IMG/VR virus record: IMGVR_UViG_3300029813_000414
Location: 1-38,678 of that record
Origin: a virus
DNA: 38,678 nucleotides
Strand: one strand, 5' to 3'
This document shows, piece after piece, positions 16,115 through 25,494 of this stretch. Below the pieces are notes generated by a model, which saw nothing but the letters and a program-made list of their open reading frames with translations, was not told the origin of the DNA and made no database searches. A program made the position numbers and the translations under genes. Position 1 is the stretch's first letter. Each line of letters starts with the position of its first letter.

Positions 16115-18307
16115 GTGAAAAAGCTGTTTCTTATATCAGCGATCTTGCTATGTTCTGTCAATATTCTGCAGGCGGGCTTCGTTCCTATTTCGCCGCAGCA
16201 GTTCAACGATGCAACGTTTCGGCTTTTCGACAATTCAGATCCGACCAAGAGATTGGCCTTCGAATTGGCATCCCTGACCACCGACACAACGAGAACGTTC
16301 ACCGCCCCTGATACGGATGGTACGATCTTGCTTGATTGCTCAATTGATACCTTTGCCGAGCTGGATGCGCTTGTCGCCGATCAAAGCCTGGTCCATACCG
16401 GAATTGATGATGATGTGCCGGATTCGGGTGACCTGGGGATTATTGATACGGAAGGAAAATTCGAATCGGAGCTCTTTGCTCTCATTACTCCGGGGGAGAT
16501 TGATACCTTTGCCGAGCTGGATGCTATTGTCGCCGATAAGAGCTTAGTTCACAATCCTCTGACAAGTGCTCTTTATCTGGCTGATGGGACGGCCGCCCTT
16601 CCTTCTCAATCTTTTGAATCCGATACCGATACCGGTTTTTATCATCCCGGAGGAAACCAAATAGGGGTTAGCTGTGGCGGGAGTTTAAGTTTCAAATTTT
16701 CAGTTTCCGGTTTGGTAGTACAAGATACAAGGCGGGTAGGTGCAGAGAATCTATATCTTACTTTTTATGATGGAATGAATTATGCCGCGCTTGTAGGTGG
16801 TGATTTTAAGCTGTATGAAGATATTATTATAGGTGATGGCAAGTATATCGGCTCGGCCAGCGACCCGGATTCCATACAGATAGAAGGCGATGGCGACGTG
16901 GTCTTGACACAGGATTTGAGTGCTGTCGGAGATGTTATCGGAGATGAGGCCATCTTCGGCGGGGCTACATCAACTACCCGTGCGTGGGATGTATCTGCCG
17001 GTTGCGTTGCTTTTTATAAAATGGATGATGCTCTTGCAACTACTAATGTCGTTGACGAGCAGGGAACTAACGATGGAACGGCGGCAAGAAATACGGAAGA
17101 TTTTGATACGGCGACTGCAAAGTTAGGGACAGCCCTTCACTTTAACGGTAGTTCCGACAAAGTTACCGTAGGCACTGATGCAAGTCTGAATGTCGGTGAG
17201 ATTACTATGGAAGCGTGGATCAAGGTTGATGATGCTGCTCCTGCAAGTAGTAATTTTATCCTGAACCGTGCAATGACCAGTGGTGGAACTTATACCCTGC
17301 TGTTGGCTTTCTCTAATGACAAATGGGCAGCGACCGTAAGGTTAGATGGTTCTGAGTCGACAAACAGGGTAGTGTATTCAAATGATGTGGCTACCACTGA
17401 TTGGACTCATATAGTAGGAACTTATGACGGAGACAAACTGAAAATATACATCAATGGAGTTTTGCAAGATGACATAGATGATACAGATGGGGCAATAGAT
17501 ACGGACAATGGTGGGAATTTGGTGATTGGAGCACACTCCGGAGGAGCAAGCGGTTTCTTTGACGGCATAATTGATAACCTGCGAATTTTCAACTATGCTA
17601 TTTCAGCCGGGGAGGTAACAGCACTTTATAATTCTGCAAGTGGAACGGAGAGTCTATCGGGGACTGTGGCTGTTGCTGGAAGTTTGGTTGCCACATCAAA
17701 TCTTCTGCCTGATTTTATAGGAAGCGATAAGGGCAATCTTCTTATCGGGAATGATTTTGAAGTTCAAGGAAAGATTTTTGTTGAAAGTGATGCTTATATT
17801 GGAGGTGATGTTCGTTATTCCGGAACCCTCAATGGTATTACTGGCATAGATGATTTTATAGAGTTTGATGATGGTGGTAGTAATAGCCACGAAGTTACGA
17901 TTCGTGATGGCCTCATTACCGAATGGTATATTTCAACTGCCCGTGATGAAAGATTGATGAAAGATATTACCAAGCTATCATCAGCCCTTGACAAGCTGTC
18001 TCAAATAAGGCCGGTAAGCTATAAATGGAATGAAAAGGGACTGCAGCAATTCAGACATTCCAAACCCATCGACCCGAATACGGGCGATTACGAAGGTATA
18101 GAAAAAAGAATAGGGACTTACTATGGCTTCGTAGCACAGGACATACAGAAAGTTTATCCGGAACTGACAAGTGAAAAGAACGGCTATATTAAACACAGCA
18201 GGAACGACCTTATACCTGTTTTGGTGAAAAGCATACAGGAACTAAAGGCGAAAGTGGAAATACTGGAAGCAAAGATAGAAGAAAAAACGCCAGTCAGTCC
18301 ACAATAG
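16115..18307 (+). CDS. Fibre protein: signal-peptide-like N-terminus, 52-aa tandem repeat, LamG (Laminin_G_3) lectin-like domain, C-terminal S74 intramolecular-chaperone domain
   Basis: MKKLFLISAILLCSVNILQA. IDTFAELDA(L/I)VAD(Q/K)SLVH occurs twice. LHFNGSSDKVTV...EAWIKVD...WTHIVGTYDG.KLKIYINGV...FDGIIDNLRIFN. C-terminus DERLMKDI...IRPVSYKWNE...YGFVAQDIQKVYPEL. Confidence 0.75.
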   Translation: MKKLFLISAILLCSVNILQAGFVPISPQQFNDATFRLFDNSDPTKRLAFELASLTTDTTRTFTAPDTDGTILLDCSIDTFAELDALVADQSLVHTGIDDDVPDSGDLGIIDTEGKFESELFALITPGEIDTFAELDAIVADKSLVHNPLTSALYLADGTAALPSQSFESDTDTGFYHPGGNQIGVSCGGSLSFKFSVSGLVVQDTRRVGAENLYLTFYDGMNYAALVGGDFKLYEDIIIGDGKYIGSASDPDSIQIEGDGDVVLTQDLSAVGDVIGDEAIFGGATSTTRAWDVSAGCVAFYKMDDALATTNVVDEQGTNDGTAARNTEDFDTATAKLGTALHFNGSSDKVTVGTDASLNVGEITMEAWIKVDDAAPASSNFILNRAMTSGGTYTLLLAFSNDKWAATVRLDGSESTNRVVYSNDVATTDWTHIVGTYDGDKLKIYINGVLQDDIDDTDGAIDTDNGGNLVIGAHSGGASGFFDGIIDNLRIFNYAISAGEVTALYNSASGTESLSGTVAVAGSLVATSNLLPDFIGSDKGNLLIGNDFEVQGKIFVESDAYIGGDVRYSGTLNGITGIDDFIEFDDGGSNSHEVTIRDGLITEWYISTARDERLMKDITKLSSALDKLSQIRPVSYKWNEKGLQQFRHSKPIDPNTGDYEGIEKRIGTYYGFVAQDIQKVYPELTSEKNGYIKHSRNDLIPVLVKSIQELKAKVEILEAKIEEKTPVSPQ

Positions 18308-18329
18308 ACAAAGGATAAAAGTAAATTGG

Positions 18330-18872
18330 ATGGCGAATCCGACAAAAATAGCAACGACTTACCCGGATGGGTTTAATTTATATGCGTTTTTACGTCGAAA
18401 ATCAGATGGATATATTTACGATGTCGGCGATGCCCAATTCGAGGAGGTCGGGACATGGAACGATGCGAGAGCGGATGAATGCGATATAGCACTGACAAAT
18501 TATAAAGGTGGATTGTATATGGCCAATTTTCCGTCCGTAGCGGTAACCGATTACATTATACAAATCTGCCTTCGAGCGGGCGGGACGCCCGCGATAACCG
18601 ATGCTTTTCTTGGCAGTACATTGACACCGACCGAGGTTGTGATCGCATCGGATGGCCTGGATAATGTGGACAATACGGAGCCGCCGACTGATATGGGCAG
18701 CTGGAATTTCAGGCAGAAACTGCTTTGGCTGTTCGGCAGGTTTGGCTACAAGCATACGTGTAAAAATGCTGATTTCTTAAAGACCCATCAAGCCGATGGG
18801 ACCGAATTGACAAAACAGGCAACGAGCGAAGTAAACGAGCTGCAGACGGTCGAGAAGATACAAGCGCCGTGA
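18330..18872 (+). CDS. Hypothetical structural-module protein
   Basis: 180-aa ORF in the head/neck operon. No motif recognised. Confidence 0.6.
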   Translation: MANPTKIATTYPDGFNLYAFLRRKSDGYIYDVGDAQFEEVGTWNDARADECDIALTNYKGGLYMANFPSVAVTDYIIQICLRAGGTPAITDAFLGSTLTPTEVVIASDGLDNVDNTEPPTDMGSWNFRQKLLWLFGRFGYKHTCKNADFLKTHQADGTELTKQATSEVNELQTVEKIQAP

Positions 18873-19156
18873 GAATAATATTCGATAAAGCCACCGTTCT
18901 GGCGCCGCCGTTTAGATTGATTGAAAGACCCGTTCGCCTCTTTTGCTCTTTAACAGCCAGCGAAAGCAAATTAAGGGCCTTGATTATGGTTGATGTTTTA
19001 TTGTGTGCAGACATTATCGCTTCAGGGAAATTAAGCGATGATATTGCGAACGAGACACTGCTCGAGACAAGCATTGAAAATCAGGAACATCTTACATGCC
19101 GGGTTGACAATGGGCCAAAACTGGCAGCAACAATAACCATTAAAAAATGTGAGTAA
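18869..19156 (+). CDS. Hypothetical protein (GTG start overlapping upstream stop)
   Basis: 95-aa ORF with GTGA overlap at 18869-18872. Confidence 0.5.
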   Translation: MRIIFDKATVLAPPFRLIERPVRLFCSLTASESKLRALIMVDVLLCADIIASGKLSDDIANETLLETSIENQEHLTCRVDNGPKLAATITIKKCE

Positions 19157-19160
19157 GAAG

Positions 19161-19751
19161 ATGTCGAATGAGATGAATATTTTTATAGCTACGGACAATC
19201 TGATTGAGATCAAGGAATTAAAGGATGCCGAGACGGATAGCTACATCAACGATGCTACGATAAAAATGGCATTGTTCGAACAAGAATTGAAACATCCGGA
19301 TGCGGACGAAGCTGCCGAATCAGAAAATGCAGGCAGTAAAACGAAGATAAAAATCAGCAAGCATAACCTGACAACTGATGATTTTATCTATATCGAAGGC
19401 AGTCAAAATTACGATAGTGACATAACTGCCGACCCTGCCGAATATCAAATCGATTCCATACCGGATGCGGACCACATTATTATTGTAGCAGCTTATGCGG
19501 CCGAAACGTTTACGGGCAATGAAAATATCTATGTGGCTGTTCGAAAAGGCGATGCCTGGCCGATTGAATTGACTCACGAAGAGAGCGATGATGACGGCTA
19601 TTACGATGGCATCCTGCCGGACACGCTGAAGGCCCTTACCATATACGGCTCGGCTGAAAGCAGTATTTATTATCTGTTTGTTGAAATTGTCAAAGGAACA
19701 AGTAAGCGGACGGAACGATTGAAATGCAAGGCGATTTATCCGCCGGGATGA
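19161..19751 (+). CDS. Hypothetical acidic structural-module protein (FI-position)
   Basis: ORF 19149..19751. The ATG at 19161 follows the upstream stop (19154-19156). It lies upstream of the FII-like gene. Confidence 0.55.
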   Translation: MSNEMNIFIATDNLIEIKELKDAETDSYINDATIKMALFEQELKHPDADEAAESENAGSKTKIKISKHNLTTDDFIYIEGSQNYDSDITADPAEYQIDSIPDADHIIIVAAYAAETFTGNENIYVAVRKGDAWPIELTHEESDDDGYYDGILPDTLKALTIYGSAESSIYYLFVEIVKGTSKRTERLKCKAIYPPG

Positions 19752-19755
19752 TTGA

Positions 19756-20100
19756 ATGGCTAACGAATTTGACCAGGCCTTAATTGATAGTACGGACGAT
19801 TTTCTGACGACATTCGGTGAGTCGGTAACGTACTGGCCGAACGGAGGTGGCAGTCGCGAGATTACGGCGGTTGTCAGTCGTGACAGGCCGGATGATCTCG
19901 ACGGCGCTCCGCACGGGCAGGCGCCGAGATTGACTATAACGGTGGCCAATGATGATACCAAAGGTATCAGTAGCAGCGAGGTCGATACCGGCGGCGATAA
20001 GGTCGCTTTACAGGTAAAGATCGGCGAGAGCACGCAGCAGCGCAGGATTACAAAGATTCTAAGCCAGGATGCGGGGATGATGAAACTGGAGCTCAGGTAA
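19756..20100 (+). CDS. gpFII-like head-tail joining protein
   Basis: 114 aa (lambda FII is 117). MA.FD start, an internal ...GD.V.L... block and a C-terminal D.G...L.L pattern. It precedes the gpZ-like gene as in lambda. Confidence 0.55.
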   Translation: MANEFDQALIDSTDDFLTTFGESVTYWPNGGGSREITAVVSRDRPDDLDGAPHGQAPRLTITVANDDTKGISSSEVDTGGDKVALQVKIGESTQQRRITKILSQDAGMMKLELR

Positions 20101-20673
20101 ATGGCGGAGAAACTGGTTGAAATAGAATACGATGAGGCCAGGCTGGCCCGGGTACGAAAGATGCTGCGAGATATACCCCAGGGTATGCCGCGGGTAATGT
20201 CCAGGGCCATCAACAGGACCACCACATCGGCAAGGACAGAAATCGCACGCAGGATAAGCGGGCAGGTAAAAATCAAAATCTCCGATGTCCGCAAAGGGAT
20301 AACCATTCATAAGGCAACCTATAGCCGATGGCAGGCCACACTGAATCTTTTTACGAGAAGAATACCGCTGATTAAATTCGGGGCCAGGCAGCTAAAAAAA
20401 GGAGTGTCCTATCAGATAAGCAAAATCGAGGGACGAAAACGAATCACCGAAGCACCTCGACCGTTTATTCAGACTATGCCCAGCAGCCACGTAGGAGTCT
20501 TTCGCAGGACCGGACCGCAGCGGCTTCCAATTGTGCAGTTGATGGGAACTTCGATCGGTTCGGTCTTTGAACATGGTGGTACCGTAGCTCCCGATGTGCA
20601 GAAAGAGACATCCAAAAAGTTGGAAAAAAATATCGATGACCAGGTCAAACTTATACTGGCAAGAAAAAGATGA
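20101..20673 (+). CDS. gpZ-like tail completion protein
   Basis: 190 aa (lambda Z is 192). AINRTTTSARTEIARRISGQVKIKISDVRK...RRIPLIKFGARQ...HVGVFRRTGPQRLPIV aligns by eye with lambda Z (AINRVASSA...DLPVIKLGNAR...WHVMQRVAGKNRYPI). Confidence 0.75.
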   Translation: MAEKLVEIEYDEARLARVRKMLRDIPQGMPRVMSRAINRTTTSARTEIARRISGQVKIKISDVRKGITIHKATYSRWQATLNLFTRRIPLIKFGARQLKKGVSYQISKIEGRKRITEAPRPFIQTMPSSHVGVFRRTGPQRLPIVQLMGTSIGSVFEHGGTVAPDVQKETSKKLEKNIDDQVKLILARKR

Positions 20674-21131
20674 GCATACCGGTAATTGAACATATCGCTG
20701 AAAATATCAAAGATACCATCAATGCAATTACGGAAGCGAACGGCTTTAATCAGGACCTGACTGCAATCAGACCTAAGCGCAACGACTTTGCCGACATCAG
20801 CCCGGATGATCTGACGGTCTTAATCGTGCAGGCCGATGAGACCGAAGATGAAAGCCCGGTGGGAACAAAACAATGGGTCCAGGCCTTTATCATTATGGCC
20901 CTGATCATCGACAGCGACAAAGCCACCGACTCCATTGATACCCGTATCAACAAGGTCAGGGCCGATGTAGAGAAGAAACTAAAAGAAGAGCCATACCGCG
21001 GAGATTATGCCATTGATACGGATGTGGATGCATCAACGCCTTTCGATGACGGTGAGGGCTTTACCGGTATAGCGATAAGGGCCCTGGTTCGATACCGCGT
21101 TAAATATGACGATCCATACATTAAAGGTTAA
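20670..21131 (+). CDS. gpU-position tail terminator-like protein
   Basis: 153 aa with ATGA overlap to the Z-like gene. It sits between the Z-like and tail-tube genes. Sequence support is weak. Confidence 0.5.
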   Translation: MSIPVIEHIAENIKDTINAITEANGFNQDLTAIRPKRNDFADISPDDLTVLIVQADETEDESPVGTKQWVQAFIIMALIIDSDKATDSIDTRINKVRADVEKKLKEEPYRGDYAIDTDVDASTPFDDGEGFTGIAIRALVRYRVKYDDPYIKG

Positions 21132-21143
21132 GGAGATAAAGAA

Positions 21144-22061
21144 ATGGTAATGTTAGCAAGAAAAAAAGTCATACAGGCCAAGCTCGAGACTGAGAAAGGA
21201 ACGAAAGAAACCGAGGGTTTTACAGATATACGGATCTTTGATCCCGACATTCGGCCTTCGTCCCCGTTCGAGCCGCGGCGGGGATCGGGCAAATATCTGG
21301 GCAATTCCGTGGCAGGAATAGTGCAGGAAAGAAGCGGAATTTTTACCTGCTCAACCGAACTGCGCGGCAACGGCACCGATGCCATGGATGCCGGTCTGTC
21401 AGTGCTGCTTCAGTGCTGCGGATTGAAAAATACCGCAGAAAGCTACCAGGTTTCATCGGTCGTGGCGAACCATAAGACCTGCACGATCCAGGTATTCGAG
21501 GACGGCAAGAAAAAAGTCCTTTACGGTGCGATGGGAAATCTCACATTCGAAGGTGATACCGGCAAGCGGATGATGTGCAATTTCGAATTTACCGGTATCT
21601 GGGATGCGCCGGTGGATGAAGAGCTACCGGCCTTTAGCCCGGGGACGGAGCCACCGCCGATATTAGCCAGTGGCACGTTTTCGATAGGGGCCGCCAGAAA
21701 GGTAAGCCGGGTTAGTCTGAATATGGGCAATGAAGTTGTGTTAAGGATGGACATAAATGCCGCCAGCGGAATAGCACACGCGGTCATTGTCGATAACGAC
21801 CCGGTAATGTCCTGCGACCTGGAGGCCGAGCTCGTAGCCGCTTACGACATTAACGGTATATGGCTGGCCGGCACCGAGGCGGCGGTATCACTGGTTTTAG
21901 GAAGCGGGGCCGGCAAACAGATCACCTTCACTATACCGAAGTTTCAATATCGCGAGATACCGGAAGGTAATAGGGACGGCATTCTGACTTATGATATAAC
22001 CGGACAATGCAATCATGACTCCGGTGATGATGCGGTCAAGGTTGCCGTACTAACAGCATAA
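21144..22061 (+). CDS. Major tail tube protein (gpV position)
   Basis: AAGGAG RBS. 305 aa, immediately upstream of the chaperone pair and tape measure. Confidence 0.65.
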   Translation: MVMLARKKVIQAKLETEKGTKETEGFTDIRIFDPDIRPSSPFEPRRGSGKYLGNSVAGIVQERSGIFTCSTELRGNGTDAMDAGLSVLLQCCGLKNTAESYQVSSVVANHKTCTIQVFEDGKKKVLYGAMGNLTFEGDTGKRMMCNFEFTGIWDAPVDEELPAFSPGTEPPPILASGTFSIGAARKVSRVSLNMGNEVVLRMDINAASGIAHAVIVDNDPVMSCDLEAELVAAYDINGIWLAGTEAAVSLVLGSGAGKQITFTIPKFQYREIPEGNRDGILTYDITGQCNHDSGDDAVKVAVLTA

Positions 22062-22064
22062 TTG

Positions 22065-22099
22065 GTAACTGGTGATTGGTGAATAGTGATTGGTAATTG
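22065..22099 (+). repeat. Tandem heptanucleotide array (GTRAWTN x5) directly after the tail-tube stop
   Basis: GTAACTG GTGATTG GTGAATA GTGATTG GTAATTG with an exact 7-nt period. It shares GTGAATAGTGA with the array at 14583. Confidence 0.85.
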
Positions 22100-22115
22100 A
22101 AAAAGGAGAAATCCT

Positions 22116-22316
22116 ATGGGAATGGATTTAATTCGCAAGGCGATAATCAAACATCGCGGCGGCCTGGAAAATGCAAGCGATAGTCAAATAAAACAAATCT
22201 GGGATTCGCTTTCTCAGGATACCCAGGAACAATATTTACAAGCCCTGGAAAAAGAAAGGAAGGCAAAAGATGCCGTTAGCGACGCGTCCAAACGCAACAT
22301 ACGAAATCGTTCTTAG
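22116..22316 (+). CDS. Small hypothetical protein
   Basis: AAAAGGAG 7 nt upstream of the ATG. 66 aa, overlapping the chaperone start by 47 nt. Confidence 0.6.
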   Translation: MGMDLIRKAIIKHRGGLENASDSQIKQIWDSLSQDTQEQYLQALEKERKAKDAVSDASKRNIRNRS

Positions 22317-22713
22317 CACTGATGAGCATTTATCGAATGATAAACAACCGGTGTTCGTCTTTCGATATTTAAGCATCATTGAATGGGAGGAAATTGCCAG
22401 GCTTAACGATAAGTTTGAAGGAGCTAAAGATGCGAGCGAAATGATTGATCTGGCTTTTCAGGTGATTAAAAAAACCTTATGCAACTGGCGAAACATGAAA
22501 ACAACAACAGGTGAGCAAATTCCTTATGATCCTGAAAAACTTAAATCCATGGTCACTTTGCAGGAGGCCACGGAATTGATGCTGGCAGCGGTCTCACAAA
22601 GACCGTCCTTAGAGGATAAAAAAAAATTCGACTCGCAATCGCAATCCAGTTCGGGCAGACGTGCAAAAACTGCAAAGGGCCGAAAGCGTGCCAAGACAAA
22701 CCCACGAAAATAA
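22270..22713 (+). CDS. Tail assembly chaperone (gpG-like, frame-0 product)
   Basis: 147 aa between the tail tube and tape measure. It contains the A9 slippery run near its 3' end. Confidence 0.7.
   Translation: MPLATRPNATYEIVLSTDEHLSNDKQPVFVFRYLSIIEWEEIARLNDKFEGAKDASEMIDLAFQVIKKTLCNWRNMKTTTGEQIPYDPEKLKSMVTLQEATELMLAAVSQRPSLEDKKKFDSQSQSSSGRRAKTAKGRKRAKTNPRK
22618..22626 (+). promoter_or_regulatory. Programmed -1 ribosomal frameshift slippery site (A9; GAT AAA AAA AAA TTC)
   Basis: The -1 frame has a TAA at 22617-22619 and is then open from 22620 through 22979. Slipping on A_AAA_AAA joins the two ORFs. Confidence 0.65.
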
Positions 22714-22979
22714 CACCGATAGAGATGGACTGCGTCAACTGCGGCGGCAAGGGATGTGACGAATGCGAATATACAGGCAAACTGTCTATTACAAAATGTC
22801 CACTGGAGTTTATCACAAGTGATGTTTTTGAAATTATTGCTTTGGCCGGATTATTTGAAAAGGGACTGCCACCGATCGCCGGCGGAGTGCTGGACCAGGC
22901 CAAAATCTTTGTTGATGCAGCAAGATTTGTTTTTCAAGAGCAGCAATACTGGAAGAAAAAATTAGGGATATTTAACTAA
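22620..22979 (+). CDS. Frameshift extension of tail chaperone (gpGT-like product = 22270..22626 joined to 22626..22979) carrying DnaJ-like zinc-finger motifs
   Basis: The -1 frame reads ...IRLAIAIQFGQTCKNCKGPKACQDKPTKITPIEMDCVNCGGKGCDECEYTGK... with no stop. It ends TAATG-overlapped with the tape-measure start. Confidence 0.6.
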   Translation, partial: KKIRLAIAIQFGQTCKNCKGPKACQDKPTKITPIEMDCVNCGGKGCDECEYTGKLSITKCPLEFITSDVFEIIALAGLFEKGLPPIAGGVLDQAKIFVDAARFVFQEQQYWKKKLGIFN

Positions 22980-24592
22980 TGGCAACACATAGTGTCAATG
23001 TAGTTGTAAAGGCCAGAGACGAGGCATCAAGAAAATTCGGTATGATCGGAACGGCCGCCGTAGTTATGGGCAGGGCATTTAAGAGCGTAGCTAATATAGC
23101 ACGAAGTGCTCTTGCAGTAGCTTTTCGAACTATTAAGTATGCAGTCATGGGCCTTGCGGCCGCTTTTACGTATTGCACGTACGCGGCCATAAAACAGGAG
23201 GCGGCGGAAATTGAACTGGTAAGTGCACTAAAAATGGCCGGCGTATATACCGATGCTCTTATGCAAAAAATGAAGATGCAGGCGGCAGAGATACAGGCGG
23301 CAACGGTATATGGTGACGAATACGTGCTGACTTTGATGCGGATAGCAATGAGCCAGGGTGTGATGGCCGATAAAGCGGCGGAGGCGGCCAAGGCGGCCAT
23401 TGCATTATACGAAGGGTTCGGCGGCGGACGCGGCAAGCCCGAAATTTTTCTACGATATTATATTGACGCCATTCGTGGGACAGGCAGCTCCCTGGAAAGT
23501 TATGTGGGTGAGCTGCGAGATGCAAAGACCGAACAGGAAAGGCACATTATTTTACAACGCGCCCTGGCAAGGGGCTGGGATGTTGCTAAATCAAAGGCTG
23601 AATCCGCGGGCGGCGCATTAAAGCAAATGAAAAACAAATTGGGCGATATTGCCGAAACGATTGGCAGACCGTTTTTACCGGCTATCGCTGAATCTGCAAA
23701 GGCAATCAAAAAATGGGCGGAAGAAAACGAGGCGGTCATTGCTTACTGGGCCGAAAAAACCCATTCTTATATAACATTGATAAAGGATATGTTTTTGGAT
23801 TTTGTCGATTTTATGAGGGAAGATTGGCGGGCCGGAATGGGCCTTGTGTTTGATTCGTTTCTTAAGCTGCTCAAGGCAACTTTCGAATCGGCGGTTATTT
23901 TAGCTATCGCCGGAGGAAAGGGGATATGGAAGGGTGTTAAAGAAGGTCTTTTAGGCGGCAAGGAAAGTGCCATCAGAAAACGGACAGAACAACTGTATTT
24001 AGAGCGCGTTAAAACCCTTCCTGCCGGCAAGGTTGCCGAAGGATTAGGACCGCCATTGCACAGAACTGATATATATTGGGAGCTTCGCAGAGAAGCGGAA
24101 AAACAGCTTTTAAAAGAGAAAACCAAAACTATTCTCGGAGAATCTCTCAGTGCCGTAACCGATACATTCAAAGAGGCCTTAAAAGGAATTTCGAAGGATA
24201 TGCCTGCCAATCTGCGCGAGCAGGTAAACCAGGCATGGGCGGAACATTTAAGAAGACTCAAAGAATTAGGTATGCCGCCCGGTAGAGGAGCTGCCGCTGC
24301 CGCCGGCGAAACCGGTGCACCTGCTATTTTTTCCATGGCCGCCGATACAATCAAAGATCTTGTTTCTAATATATCACGAAAATTACCGGCAATGGAGGCA
24401 CGATTTTTGACCTTCTGGCCGGGTGCCAGGTTCGATTATGCTCAACAGACCGCAATCAATACCAAAGAGCAACTGAAATTCAGTGAAAAACAGTTCAAGG
24501 CGATGCTGAAAATTCAGGACAGAATCGAGCGGCTCAATCGCTTGCTGCTGCCGCAACATGGAACGGAGCTGGTAGCCACGGCGATTGTATAA
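22979..24592 (+). CDS. Tape measure protein (short, 537 aa)
   Basis: Ala-rich helical protein with hydrophobic segments. It follows the G/GT pair. Confidence 0.8.
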   Translation: MATHSVNVVVKARDEASRKFGMIGTAAVVMGRAFKSVANIARSALAVAFRTIKYAVMGLAAAFTYCTYAAIKQEAAEIELVSALKMAGVYTDALMQKMKMQAAEIQAATVYGDEYVLTLMRIAMSQGVMADKAAEAAKAAIALYEGFGGGRGKPEIFLRYYIDAIRGTGSSLESYVGELRDAKTEQERHIILQRALARGWDVAKSKAESAGGALKQMKNKLGDIAETIGRPFLPAIAESAKAIKKWAEENEAVIAYWAEKTHSYITLIKDMFLDFVDFMREDWRAGMGLVFDSFLKLLKATFESAVILAIAGGKGIWKGVKEGLLGGKESAIRKRTEQLYLERVKTLPAGKVAEGLGPPLHRTDIYWELRREAEKQLLKEKTKTILGESLSAVTDTFKEALKGISKDMPANLREQVNQAWAEHLRRLKELGMPPGRGAAAAAGETGAPAIFSMAADTIKDLVSNISRKLPAMEARFLTFWPGARFDYAQQTAINTKEQLKFSEKQFKAMLKIQDRIERLNRLLLPQHGTELVATAIV

Positions 24593-24615
24593 GAACAGAA
24601 GAAAGAAGAAGCAAT

Positions 24616-25491
24616 ATGCCCGTTATTGATGTAAAAGAAAGCTGGGAAGGATTAGAGGCCGACATCGGAAGGGAAGATGCCTGGGCACAGCGCCAGTTCA
24701 CCGTGCAATTCGATACGGCAGATGACCCTTTAGCAAGGCCGTTTTTGGCTGTGGAAGCCAATGTTGGAGATGTGAGAATTCCGAATGTCTGGGAAAGACA
24801 TCCGCTAAAAAACTGGCTGTTCGTTCGGAACAAAACACCAAGAAAGTTAGGACCTCTGTTGTTTGAAGTTACGGTTAATTACACAACACACTCTTTTCTC
24901 GGTAAGGACCAAAGTTTCGAACCGACGGCAGACCCTTTATCACAGCCCTGGGACATAGAATGGGGCTTTGCAATGTCGAACGAGCCGATTGATAGAGATA
25001 TTTACGAGAAGCCCATAACAAATTCCGCAGGTGAGCCGTTTGACCCGCCGATCACAAGGGATTTTGCGGATTTAATTTTGCGAATTCATCGCAATCAAGC
25101 GGCCTTTAATACCGCCGCCGCCTTTATTTATAAGGATGCAATAAACAGCGATTGGTTCTGGGGCTTTGCGCCGAAAATGGTACGCTGTATTGATTTTAGC
25201 GGTCGCTCCGCCAGGGCGGCGGATTTGTTTTACTGGCAGGTAAATTACGAATTTCAGATAAGACGAGACGGCTGGAAGTTGAAGGTCTTTGATGCAGGTT
25301 ACAGACAATGGAATGAGGCAGGTACCGATTATGTAAATATCCAAGATGAAGAAGGAAATCCGGTAGCACAGCCATGGCCGTTAAACGCAAATGGCCGAAA
25401 ATTGACAGCTCAGCAAATTTATGCGGGGTACGCGTATTTTCGACAGTTTGATATATATTCTGAATTACCATTTTCTTTTTTGGAGTTATAA
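24616..25491 (+). CDS. Hypothetical protein, probable distal tail component
   Basis: 291-aa ORF directly after the tape measure. No lambda M/L/K/I-like motif. Confidence 0.55.
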   Translation: MPVIDVKESWEGLEADIGREDAWAQRQFTVQFDTADDPLARPFLAVEANVGDVRIPNVWERHPLKNWLFVRNKTPRKLGPLLFEVTVNYTTHSFLGKDQSFEPTADPLSQPWDIEWGFAMSNEPIDRDIYEKPITNSAGEPFDPPITRDFADLILRIHRNQAAFNTAAAFIYKDAINSDWFWGFAPKMVRCIDFSGRSARAADLFYWQVNYEFQIRRDGWKLKVFDAGYRQWNEAGTDYVNIQDEEGNPVAQPWPLNANGRKLTAQQIYAGYAYFRQFDIYSELPFSFLEL

Positions 25492-25494
25492 AAA

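Noticed and set aside
19320-20306. 328-aa minus-strand ORF spanning several plus-strand structural genes
   Set aside because: It is antisense to well-supported, tightly coupled genes (FII-like, gpZ-like). Its Ser/Arg/Leu-rich low-complexity translation is typical of a shadow ORF.
22725-22979. Independent 84-aa gene initiated at ATG 22725
   Set aside because: It has no convincing RBS. The frame is open upstream right back to the stop that precedes the A9 slippery run, and the geometry matches the G/GT paradigm. It is kept only as an alternative.
22972-24354. Minus-strand ORFs 22972..23436 and 23767..24354 inside the tape-measure gene
   Set aside because: These are shadow ORFs of an Ala-rich GC-biased gene, on the opposite strand to the whole operon.
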